The position numbers and the translations under genes were made by a program. Shown here piece after piece: positions 1-9,354 of a stretch of 46,049 bases of DNA. The stretch is from Thermoplasmatota archaeon. GTDB taxonomy: Archaea > Thermoplasmatota > E2 > DHVEG-1 > B18-G2. The stretch lies in assembly GCA_029259115.1 (NCBI GenBank), contig JAPDJO010000050.1, positions 1 to 46,049 of the forward strand. Reading direction: 5' to 3'. The notes under the pieces were generated by a model. That model made no database searches and was not told the origin of the DNA. It worked only from the letters and a program-made list of their open reading frames with translations. Position 1 is the stretch's first letter. Every line of letters begins with the position of its first letter.

Positions 1-1
1 A

Positions 2-562
2 CAAAGACCAGAATACATAATAGTTGGTGAGATAAGAGGAAGAGAGGCATATGTTCTCTTCCAAGCAATGGCTACGGGTCATACAACTTACTCTACGATG
101 CATGCAGACTCTCCACAATCCTTGATACATAGATTGGAGGGTAAGCCGATAAACATACCGAGAGTTATGCTCCAAGCTCTCGAGGTCATAGCTATTCAGA
201 CAATAGCCAGAGTCAAAGGTAAAAGAGTGAGAAGATGCAAACAGGTTGTAGAGATAGTCGACATTGATCCAAAAACAAAAGAAATACTGACAAATGAGGT
301 ATTCAGATGGGATCCTGTTGAGGATACATTTATCTATTCGGGAAGGAGTTACATTCTTGAGAAGATAAGGGCATCGACAGGTATGAGCAAAGAGGAGATG
401 GTTGAAGAAATAAAGAGGAGGGTAAAGATACTGGAATGGATGAGAAAGGAAGGGATAAGATCTTACAAGGAGGTAGCCAAGATAGTTGCTGAATATGCTG
501 AGAAACCTGAAGAGGTTATGAAGAGGGTTGAGGAGGGGCTAAAGAAACATGCCTCTAAGTAG
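2..562 (+). CDS. Type IV pilus/type II secretion assembly ATPase (VirB11/FlaI/PilB-like), 5'-truncated by the window edge
   Basis: Frame is open from base 2 and reads QRPEYIIVGEIRGREAYVLFQAMATGHTTYSTMHAD (Walker B IIVGE plus His box). Followed by two TadC-like genes. Confidence 0.93.
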   Translation, partial: QRPEYIIVGEIRGREAYVLFQAMATGHTTYSTMHADSPQSLIHRLEGKPINIPRVMLQALEVIAIQTIARVKGKRVRRCKQVVEIVDIDPKTKEILTNEVFRWDPVEDTFIYSGRSYILEKIRASTGMSKEEMVEEIKRRVKILEWMRKEGIRSYKEVAKIVAEYAEKPEEVMKRVEEGLKKHASK

Positions 563-1454
563 ATATAAAAAATTCTGTTATAGGCTGTTCAGGGATTTGG
601 CGGAAAACAGTGTTAGTGAGGGTCTGAAAGAAGATCTACTTAAAGCGAATATAGACATACGACCAGCTGCTTATATTGCAACAGCATGGATGAACACAAT
701 AATCTCTATAATAGTGAGTGAGATAGCGATAGTCGCTTTACTATTTCTTATCTTACCTACACTCGGATTCAATATCATCAAGCTTTCATCTCCTTCCGCA
801 ATAGATGTTTTGATTTTTCTTGTGGTGATCATGATACCCTTTGGGATCGGATTTCTGGTATATTTTATTCACCTGTTATATCCAAAAAGCAGAGCAAAAT
901 ATAGAGGAAAACGAATAGATTTCTCCCTACCCTATGCGCTCAACTTCATATCGGCTATGTCAGCTGCTGGTGCTCCACCTCACGAAATATTCATAAGCCT
1001 TTCAAAGCAGAGTATATACGGCGAGGTTAGAGAGGAGGCAGCCCGAATAGCCAAGGACATGAAACTTCTTGGTATAGATGTTGTGACAGCATTGAAAAAA
1101 GCGATGGAAAGAACGCCGTCGGAACGCTTCAAAGAATTCCTCCAAGGAGCTATTGTTACAATAACATCTGGAGGGAGATTAAAGCCATACTTCATGGCAA
1201 AAGCGGATCAATATATGAGAGAAAATAGACAAAGACAAAAAACATTTCTCGAAACTTTGACTGTTATGGCTGAGAGCTATGTTACTGCTGCGGTTGCGGG
1301 TCCACTTCTCATGTTGATTGTTCTTCCCTTACTCATGATAGTTCAGGGTAGTTTTGGTCAGATTAAAGTACTGTATCCTATCGTTGGAATTATATTACCT
1401 CTGATACATTTTGGCTTCGCTATGGCTATTCGTACCATGACACCTGAGGTGTAA
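549..1454 (+). CDS. TadC/T2SS-F family pilus platform membrane protein
   Basis: Several TM helices; IDFSLPYALNFISAMSAAG, YGEVREEAARI, TPSERFKEFLQG and LETLTVMAESY are typical archaeal TadC segments. Confidence 0.9.
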   Translation: MPLSRYKKFCYRLFRDLAENSVSEGLKEDLLKANIDIRPAAYIATAWMNTIISIIVSEIAIVALLFLILPTLGFNIIKLSSPSAIDVLIFLVVIMIPFGIGFLVYFIHLLYPKSRAKYRGKRIDFSLPYALNFISAMSAAGAPPHEIFISLSKQSIYGEVREEAARIAKDMKLLGIDVVTALKKAMERTPSERFKEFLQGAIVTITSGGRLKPYFMAKADQYMRENRQRQKTFLETLTVMAESYVTAAVAGPLLMLIVLPLLMIVQGSFGQIKVLYPIVGIILPLIHFGFAMAIRTMTPEV

Positions 1455-1456
1455 AA

Positions 1457-2392
1457 ATGCCAAGATTCAAAAAATCGGGAAGAGAAAAAAATAAAGATAT
1501 TGCGTCAATCTCGCCAGTTTTGACCTTAGAAACTCTACTCTTCAGTAAAAGGTTTGCAAATGTGGTAACTGGTATATCCGTAACATCATCAACTGTACTC
1601 ATCATACTCGCTTTATTAAGTATACTAGGTGTTGTTCAATTACCATTGTCCGTAAACGACCTGATAGTTTTGGCCATTCTGAGCGGAACATCCATCTATG
1701 GTTTCTATCAGTATTTCCGTTCGAGATATATATGGAAGATAGACGATATATTTCCGGACTTTGTCAGAGATCTTGCTGAATCAAGGAGAGCTGGTATGAC
1801 CTTTACTAAGGCTATACTTATGGCAGCAAAGAGTAACTATGGTTTACTTACTCCTCATATTAAGAAAATGGCTAGGCAGATATCTTGGGGGGCGAGTGTG
1901 CATGAAGCGATGGATGAATTTGCAAAACATATAGGAACCCCTTTGGTCAAAAGAATCATATCTCTAATAAATGAGGCTACTAGGAGTGGTGGATCAGTTA
2001 CAGATGTTCTTATGGCTGCTGCCAATGATGCCAGGGAGTATCAGTTCCTTAGAAAAGAAAGGAGAGCAAGCATATCATCCTATGTTATAGTTGTGTACGT
2101 ATCATCTTTAGTGTTCCTTCTAATAACACTGATAATTATTAAACAATTCTTGCCTATGTTTAGTGGAGAGGCAATGACAGGTTTGAGCAGTGTAGTCACG
2201 GGTACATCCGCAACGCCGCAAATGCAAGAGATCAAGCTACTCTATTTCTATGCAGTGATCATACAAAGCATCGGATCAGGTATCGTTGCAGGAGTATTCG
2301 AGGATGGGCATTTTGAATCTGGTGTAAAACATGCTTTTATACTTTCAATAATTACCTGGCTATCATATAAATTATTTGTTCCTGGAATATAA
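1457..2392 (+). CDS. Second TadB/TadC (T2SS-F family) platform membrane protein
   Basis: FPDFVRDLAESRRAGMT, YGLLTPHIKKMARQISWG, SGGSVTDVL and C-terminal SGVKHAFIL; multiple TM helices. Confidence 0.9.
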   Translation: MPRFKKSGREKNKDIASISPVLTLETLLFSKRFANVVTGISVTSSTVLIILALLSILGVVQLPLSVNDLIVLAILSGTSIYGFYQYFRSRYIWKIDDIFPDFVRDLAESRRAGMTFTKAILMAAKSNYGLLTPHIKKMARQISWGASVHEAMDEFAKHIGTPLVKRIISLINEATRSGGSVTDVLMAAANDAREYQFLRKERRASISSYVIVVYVSSLVFLLITLIIIKQFLPMFSGEAMTGLSSVVTGTSATPQMQEIKLLYFYAVIIQSIGSGIVAGVFEDGHFESGVKHAFILSIITWLSYKLFVPGI

Positions 2393-2445
2393 AATCAGAA
2401 AAATATATTACTGTCATATGGTATGAGTAAGGAGGGGATGTAAAA

Positions 2446-5400
2446 ATGAAAAAAAAGACGATTGGTAGGTTGTATAAAGCGGTATCTCCAGTAATAGGGA
2501 CCATACTTGTGGTTGCTATAATCATATCTTCTATAACCGCTGTGATGATATGGGGCATACCTTACTTAGAAAGAACCAAGGCAGAGGCTCAACAGAGAGA
2601 TGTGTATCATCAGTTAGATCTTGCAAATGAGGCTATAAGAGATCTAATAAGCAGTGGTAAAGGTTCATCGAGAGAAATTAGATTATCCATGGAATCTGGG
2701 ACAATATCATTCGAAAACGAGCAACCAAGCCATGTCCTCATGTATGCAACGAGTAGCGACTACAATTTCTCTGTCGGTGGGTTAGATGATCTTGATAACA
2801 ACTTCATATTGAATATGGAAAAGGGAAGCGCAGATAAGGCAAATATATATAGATTTAATCCAGAAACATCTCTGCCCCCATATTATAGCACATCAAGCGA
2901 GCCAACAGCCTCCTACTATGGTAGTTTCTTGAGAAGAGTTCCTTTCAATCTCACCGATTCAAATAATACTGCTTACAAGATAACGAGCGGTAGTAGTACA
3001 CCACCTTCTCCTACGTCATTCACTTCAGAATACACATCGACAGAATATCAAAATGCTGGATATGATGATGACGAGAGCAATGCTTGGCATGGAGCAACTG
3101 GTACAGATGGCAAGTTTACAAATCTGATGTATAAATTCAAGATAGGAGATTATAATGCTAGTAATTTAGAAAAGATGGAGCTGAGATGGAAAGGCATAGA
3201 TACGCTCTCGGATGGAGGGTATCAGGGATTTTACATATGGAACCGATCCTCCAGTTCTTGGGAGCAGATAGGAGGAAATGGAGTCGCTTTGAGATTCGAT
3301 GGATTAAATGATAGAATCAATGTTCCGTGCAAGGAATATCTCAAGTATAAAGGAGGAAATTTAACCATTTGTGCATGGGTGTATGTTGAGGATGGAGAAA
3401 CTAATGGAAAAATAGTTTCTAAACCATGGAATGGACAAGGTCAGTACAATTATTATCTCTACCTCACTGGTGGAAAATTGGCACTATTTGTTGGTAACGG
3501 TACAGTATCCAAATATATAGTAGATCCTGATCCTGTATCTACAAAAGAATGGCATTACGTGACTGGAGTTTTGCACAGCGATGGGCTTATGGAGCTGTAT
3601 GTGGACGGAGAACTCAAAGCATCTGATAGCTATTCCATAACTAACTGGAATCCATCAAAAGGGGATCACAACATTAATCTGTGCATAGGTTCGCTTTACC
3701 CATACGGTTCTGGATGGGCTGGCAATGAGGGCTTTTCCTTTAGAGGTTTACTGCGTGACGTGTGCATATACAATGATTCTCTTGAGCAGAGCGAAATACT
3801 CCAGAATATGGAAGGGAACATGGTTACAGATGACTTACTAGGTTGGTGGAAACTTGATGATGCCCAAGGAACAGTTGCTCATGACGTAGCTAGACGCAAC
3901 GATGGTACACTTATGGATGGATGCAAATGGATAACAAACAGGGGAACATTTGCTTTGGAATTCGATGGAGTGGATGATTATGTGGGAGTGCCTGATTTAA
4001 ACCTTCATAATTCAAATAGTTTAACTATCGAAGCATGGGTGAAAGGCAACTCCTGGGCAGGTCAACCAGCTATAGTATTTTTTGGTGATGGTATATCGGC
4101 AGGTCAGTGGTCTATCGTTTTGTCGGTTTATAATAATAAATTTAGATTTGGTTTAGAATCCGGTACAACGGATTACAACACATGGGGTAATACAGTGTTA
4201 GATACAGGCGTTTGGTATCACTTGGTAGCAGTCAAAAATGGAACAGTAGTGAGAACATATATAAATGGAGTGCAAGATGACAGCGGAACTGCCCCTTCAA
4301 CAACTAATGATGTTACTAATCATCGAATTGGAGCAATGTATACCACGAACCCAGATTATTACTTCAACGGCACCATCGACGAAGTCCGTATTTACAACAG
4401 AGCATTAACCGCTGATGAAATTTATCAGAATTATCTTGGGAATGTTACAACTGCAGGCTTAGTTTCATGGTGGAAATTTGATGAAGGGTATGGAAATGTC
4501 CTGCACGATTCTGTTGGTGAAAATCATGGTAGGATACATGGTGCACAGTGGATTGACTACAAGAATTTCGCATTAAAATTCGATGGTGAAAGAGACTATG
4601 TATTGATTCCGGATTCAGATAGCCTTGATATTTCAGACAATATTACTGTGGAGACCCGCGTATGGTATGCTGGAGGGAGTAGCAAAACTGTATGGGCAAA
4701 GGATACAGATCATGACATAGGTTGCAACCTTTACGATCCTGCAAGCGACAATTACGCTCCCGGTGACGTAGTTAGATATGCAGTGCCAGAAAATGGAACA
4801 GGGAACTTAATGATCTACGAATTCACTGGAAGTATGGATTCTCACTATGGGAGAACCGGCATATATCTTCGACTAAAGATCGGAGAAAAACCACCGGTTT
4901 CAGAAGATATAGTCAAATTGGAAGTCTGGGATTTAACGGAAAATTGCAAAGTCTTGGAAGATTTATACAAGACTTCGGATTTTGGCACTAAAGATATAAC
5001 AAAATATTGGTATGGTTACCAGATAGGACATCATCCTAGATTTTTCGCATATAGTGGACATTCTTACAGAGTGGTTGTGTACTATTATGCGAATGTCCCC
5101 GTCTATATAGAAAGATTAACATTTGATCGGTATCATAGACCACCAGTAGAGAAGGGATCAGCGTGGAGATTGTATACGACTGGTGGAACGTTCCAGTTTT
5201 TAGTTTGGCATCCAGATGGCACCTATTCATATGCAAATTATTATGGTTTGACATCATACTGGAGAGGGTGGGTGGACTTAACCGCAAGTTACAGTTCTGT
5301 AGACGGGTTCAAATTATATGTCAATGGTAACGAAGTTACACCATCCTATGTTAGATTCTTGGGTAAGAGTATAAGAACCACATCCAGTCCAGTATACATA

Positions 5401-8400
5401 GGATCCGGTTATCATAAATTTCCGGGAATGGTAGATTATGTTAGGATATATAATAGAGTTCTAACAAGTAGTGAAGTAAAACAAAACTATCTTGAGAAAG
5501 TTACGACCGACGGGCTCGTCTCTTGGTGGGATTTCAACGAGGGTTACGGAAATGTAGTGCATGATAAAATCGGTGACAATGATGGAACCATATACGGTGC
5601 AGATTGGGTCTACACAGATGGAGGCTCCTTAGAATTTGATGGTGTAGACGACTACGTATCTGGAAAGGGAACAGCAACTTTTGATGATTTCACTATAATA
5701 GCTACGGTCAAGCAAGAAGGATGGCATGGACACCATGAACCTATCTTTGCGTGGGCTAACTCAACAGATGGTTTGTATCTGATATTGAGCAAAGATAAGT
5801 ATCTGAGAGTCGGCGTAGAAGTTAATGACAATTTCCACCATGAAGGACTGTACTACATAGGGGATAACTACATTGGGAAAGAAAAGATGTATGCGGCTAG
5901 ATGGGATGGTGATACTGGTTCAGTAAAGGTTTACATAGATGGTAATTCAGTTGGCGAATCCACATCATATCCAACTGGGTCGATAGACCTAAGCAAAGGT
6001 GTTAACTTCTGTATAGGGAAGAGCACAACTGGCTACTGGGGCGAAACTAGTGCAAGATTTTGGGGAAAGATATCGGAGATTTTGGTTTACAATAGAGCAC
6101 TCAGTGATAGTGAGATACAAGATATATACTCGGGCAGTATAGTAACGAGCGGTTTAGTAGCATGGTGGAGATTTGACGAGGCTAAAGGCATAACTTTAAA
6201 TGATTTTGCTGGTAACAATATAGGAAAACTCGTTAATGGCCCGGTTTGGAGAGGAGATATACCTCCCACAAACGAGAACCTCTATGTCGAAACAATTTTA
6301 GGCAATCTTTCAAACTACGTAGATGACTCTAACTATGTAAAAATATGTGTGGTTGGTGGTAAAGGAGAAAGTTTCACTTCTCCTTCATCCTGTACATCTT
6401 GGTACTATGACAGAAACAAAGCATATTGTACATGGATAGATGCCTATAATGAGGATGAGTACTATGTGCAATACAGTACAGATGGGGGAGCCACTTGGAC
6501 TAACGATCCCAATTCACCTTACTTCCCTGGAACAACGCAATCTGAACCAATATATTTCGGTCCAGAAAAACAGATAAAATTCAGAGTAAAATCTGTTAAA
6601 GATGGCATATCTTCAGGATGGTCAACCTCTGGTTACATATATACAGCTCCAGGAAAACCAGAGAATGTTCAGGCTGTCTCTGTGTCATCGGATTCGATAA
6701 ATGTAACATGGACAGACAACTCGAGTTATGAGTCTGGATATGTTATTTATAGATCTACAAATGGTGGAAATTATGAATTTTTAACATCTGTGCCAGCTAA
6801 TACAGAATATTACCTAGACACAAGTGTAACTGCTGGTAATACCTACACATATAGAGTCTACGCGTACAAGAGCATAAGTAATCCCAAGATAAATATATAT
6901 AGTGATCCTGGAAATAGTTCTCTCGTATCCCCAACAGAATGGTGGGATACAAACTGGCAGTACTATAAAGTCTGCAATATCGATACAAACGGGTATTCAG
7001 GATACTATCAGATGAGAATAAAAGTCGGTTACAGTTCGGGGGGAGACGTATCATGTGAAGGTCATTGCCAACCAGATTTTGACGACATCCGTTTTGTCGA
7101 TACCGACAACTCGACAGTGTTGCCACATTGGAAAGAGACTTATGTGGATTCTCAATTTGCCATATTTTGGGTTAATGTTTCAGCAGATGCAATGAGTGAT
7201 GGAAAAATACTCATGTATTATGGTAACCCATCTGCTACTGATGCAAGCGATGGAGATTCAACTTTCATATTTTTTGATGATTTTACAACAGATACAACAG
7301 GCAATTATAACATAGTTGCAGGAGATGATAATAAAGCCCACTTGGTAGGCAATAATTTCTTCAGTGTGCAAGATGGAGTTCGAATGATATGGAAGACTAA
7401 AATTACAAATTTTGATGCTAATCAATGGGGCTCTTATATAGGTTTTTATTATGGAGATGTGTTAAATTCTCCACGTTACATGAATAACAGATGGTGGAGT
7501 ATTATTAGTAGCGACACAGATGCTGGAGCAAGCGATAGTCCATTAACATTAGTTTTGCAGGCAGGTTCAGAAAAAGCAGGGACTGTTACAAAAGTAAAAC
7601 AGGTAATGCAATTTAGCTTGAATAGAGCATATTATTTTGAGCATTGTATGTCTCAAACAAAAATAAAAACAAGAGCCAGAGATGCTAATTTTTTGGAGAT
7701 TACATCTGCAGAGCTAACAACAGGAATAGCTGATATTTCCACACTAAACTATGCAATGATTATGCTATGGCATTGTAATGAAGATGGCACAGAGTGGGAT
7801 TGGTCATGGAATTCCGTAGAACAAGCAGTAAGAATGTACGTAAAGAGAGATGGTTGGAGTATAATAGATACACTTAGTGATTGGTTTGGTATTGCTAAAT
7901 GGGTTGATACAGAACCACGATGGAGCGGTTTCAGTAGTGAACAAACTCAACCAACAGTTCTATGCCTTTCAGGTGACACTCGAGTAGAGATGATTAGTGG
8001 TGAGTACAAGGAGATACAAGATATAGGAAAAGGAGACATACTTCTATCCTACGATCCTGAAAGAGGAGAGTATACATCATGCAAGGTCGTATCTGTAGGT
8101 ACATCTACCCAGCAAGTTTATAGTATAAATGATGGACTGTTGTACATCACGGATACCCATCCATTGTATGCAAGAAAAAGTGATGGGTATGAAGGCTGGG
8201 TTACGATAAATCCAGAAAAGATGAAAGAACATTATGGTATTAGTGAGGTTAGAAAGCTAGAGATCGGAGACAAACTTTATTGCAGATACGATGGATGGGA
8301 TGTAGAGGTAACGTCGATAGTACCTCAAGATGTGAGAGAGGTTTACAATTTAGAGTTAACATACCCATACACATTCTTTGCCAACGGAACACTTACTAGA

Positions 8401-9354
8401 GCTATGCCTTCTACTCACATGAGAAGCTCCTCTCACACGATGTATGAAAACTATGTCGAGTTGTCTATATATTTCATACAGAATGATTCTACTCCACCTT
8501 CTACAACCATAACTTCTACGGATCCAGTACTCGTTGATGGGAAAACAACCTCATCTACAATAACTTTCTACTGGTATAGTACTGACAATCTATGTCCGTC
8601 TGACGATCTTGTCTATTGCTGGATGCTTGTTGGCAGAGATTTGGATTGGAGCAATTGGACTTCTCAAACTTATGTAACATACACAGATCTGGTTCCTGGA
8701 GACTATGTATTCAAGGTAAGAGCCAAAGATCTTGCAGGTAATGTTGAAAGACCATCATCACTCAACACATTATCATTTACCGTATTGGAGGCTAGCGAAA
8801 CCATTTCGATATCTGCATCACCAGGAGTACCAACTACAGTGACTACTAGTGAACCCCTCAAAGGTTTTGTCCTCATTGACTTATACAACGGCAGTGTCAA
8901 CCTAGGTAAGATATGGCTCTTGACACCAGGAGAAGTAGAGTATAGAATACCGACGAGTGAGGGAACTTATGGAGTCTCTCTACTCGATGGAGGGATATCT
9001 ATGATATATCCTGATGGTAGCGCTATTGTAGGAGAGCCCATAATCTCCATGGGGAATTCCATGATCCATTTACATTTCATACATATGTTTGGTAGTACAT
9101 TCTCTTTCTCAGGTAGAGGTACGTGCAAATTCAAGTTTACGCTTTCTCAAAGCAAGATACTCCAGTATCGCGTACCTGTTTATAATCTGAGATTCCAGTT
9201 CTTTGGCGAAACTTCAGAGGGATGGACCAACTATTTCAAGATATATCATTCATTCAAAAAGATGGGAGAAAATGAGGTGGCTAAATTCAATCAACCTGTA
9301 AACTTGGTATTGGGATACTCATCGATAAAGGTTGAGGAGAGTGGGTTTGGATGA
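2446..9354 (+). CDS. Giant pilin-like adhesin (2302 aa): class III signal peptide, 4 LamG domains, 2 FN3, DUF2341, Hint domain, Y_Y_Y/Ig domain, pilin-scaffold C-terminus
   Basis: N-terminus KKKTIGRLYKA|VSPVIGTILVVAII; repeated ALxFDGxxDY...IDEVRIYNRALT...GLVSWWKFDEG LamG units; FN3 (PENVQAVSVSSDSINVTWTDNSSYESGYVIYRS); DUF2341 (DFDDIRF...FWVNV...MYYGN...FIFFDDF); CLSGDT Hint start. GGAGGGG SD upstream. Confidence 0.88.
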   Translation: MKKKTIGRLYKAVSPVIGTILVVAIIISSITAVMIWGIPYLERTKAEAQQRDVYHQLDLANEAIRDLISSGKGSSREIRLSMESGTISFENEQPSHVLMYATSSDYNFSVGGLDDLDNNFILNMEKGSADKANIYRFNPETSLPPYYSTSSEPTASYYGSFLRRVPFNLTDSNNTAYKITSGSSTPPSPTSFTSEYTSTEYQNAGYDDDESNAWHGATGTDGKFTNLMYKFKIGDYNASNLEKMELRWKGIDTLSDGGYQGFYIWNRSSSSWEQIGGNGVALRFDGLNDRINVPCKEYLKYKGGNLTICAWVYVEDGETNGKIVSKPWNGQGQYNYYLYLTGGKLALFVGNGTVSKYIVDPDPVSTKEWHYVTGVLHSDGLMELYVDGELKASDSYSITNWNPSKGDHNINLCIGSLYPYGSGWAGNEGFSFRGLLRDVCIYNDSLEQSEILQNMEGNMVTDDLLGWWKLDDAQGTVAHDVARRNDGTLMDGCKWITNRGTFALEFDGVDDYVGVPDLNLHNSNSLTIEAWVKGNSWAGQPAIVFFGDGISAGQWSIVLSVYNNKFRFGLESGTTDYNTWGNTVLDTGVWYHLVAVKNGTVVRTYINGVQDDSGTAPSTTNDVTNHRIGAMYTTNPDYYFNGTIDEVRIYNRALTADEIYQNYLGNVTTAGLVSWWKFDEGYGNVLHDSVGENHGRIHGAQWIDYKNFALKFDGERDYVLIPDSDSLDISDNITVETRVWYAGGSSKTVWAKDTDHDIGCNLYDPASDNYAPGDVVRYAVPENGTGNLMIYEFTGSMDSHYGRTGIYLRLKIGEKPPVSEDIVKLEVWDLTENCKVLEDLYKTSDFGTKDITKYWYGYQIGHHPRFFAYSGHSYRVVVYYYANVPVYIERLTFDRYHRPPVEKGSAWRLYTTGGTFQFLVWHPDGTYSYANYYGLTSYWRGWVDLTASYSSVDGFKLYVNGNEVTPSYVRFLGKSIRTTSSPVYIGSGYHKFPGMVDYVRIYNRVLTSSEVKQNYLEKVTTDGLVSWWDFNEGYGNVVHDKIGDNDGTIYGADWVYTDGGSLEFDGVDDYVSGKGTATFDDFTIIATVKQEGWHGHHEPIFAWANSTDGLYLILSKDKYLRVGVEVNDNFHHEGLYYIGDNYIGKEKMYAARWDGDTGSVKVYIDGNSVGESTSYPTGSIDLSKGVNFCIGKSTTGYWGETSARFWGKISEILVYNRALSDSEIQDIYSGSIVTSGLVAWWRFDEAKGITLNDFAGNNIGKLVNGPVWRGDIPPTNENLYVETILGNLSNYVDDSNYVKICVVGGKGESFTSPSSCTSWYYDRNKAYCTWIDAYNEDEYYVQYSTDGGATWTNDPNSPYFPGTTQSEPIYFGPEKQIKFRVKSVKDGISSGWSTSGYIYTAPGKPENVQAVSVSSDSINVTWTDNSSYESGYVIYRSTNGGNYEFLTSVPANTEYYLDTSVTAGNTYTYRVYAYKSISNPKINIYSDPGNSSLVSPTEWWDTNWQYYKVCNIDTNGYSGYYQMRIKVGYSSGGDVSCEGHCQPDFDDIRFVDTDNSTVLPHWKETYVDSQFAIFWVNVSADAMSDGKILMYYGNPSATDASDGDSTFIFFDDFTTDTTGNYNIVAGDDNKAHLVGNNFFSVQDGVRMIWKTKITNFDANQWGSYIGFYYGDVLNSPRYMNNRWWSIISSDTDAGASDSPLTLVLQAGSEKAGTVTKVKQVMQFSLNRAYYFEHCMSQTKIKTRARDANFLEITSAELTTGIADISTLNYAMIMLWHCNEDGTEWDWSWNSVEQAVRMYVKRDGWSIIDTLSDWFGIAKWVDTEPRWSGFSSEQTQPTVLCLSGDTRVEMISGEYKEIQDIGKGDILLSYDPERGEYTSCKVVSVGTSTQQVYSINDGLLYITDTHPLYARKSDGYEGWVTINPEKMKEHYGISEVRKLEIGDKLYCRYDGWDVEVTSIVPQDVREVYNLELTYPYTFFANGTLTRAMPSTHMRSSSHTMYENYVELSIYFIQNDSTPPSTTITSTDPVLVDGKTTSSTITFYWYSTDNLCPSDDLVYCWMLVGRDLDWSNWTSQTYVTYTDLVPGDYVFKVRAKDLAGNVERPSSLNTLSFTVLEASETISISASPGVPTTVTTSEPLKGFVLIDLYNGSVNLGKIWLLTPGEVEYRIPTSEGTYGVSLLDGGISMIYPDGSAIVGEPIISMGNSMIHLHFIHMFGSTFSFSGRGTCKFKFTLSQSKILQYRVPVYNLRFQFFGETSEGWTNYFKIYHSFKKMGENEVAKFNQPVNLVLGYSSIKVEESGFG
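7963..8403 (+). other. Hint domain within the giant pilin; N-terminal catalytic residues intact, C-terminal His-Asn replaced by Arg-Ala
   Basis: Block A CLSGDTRVEMISGEYKEIQDI, block B ITDTHP, blocks F/G VYNLELTYPYTFFANGTLTRA|M where VHN|C/S/T is canonical; 147 aa, no endonuclease. Confidence 0.87.

Noticed and set aside
2-2392. Archaellum (flagellar) operon
   Set aside because: Two separate ~300-aa TadC-like genes rather than one FlaJ, and the downstream genes are adhesin-like pilins, not archaellins or FlaF/G/H.
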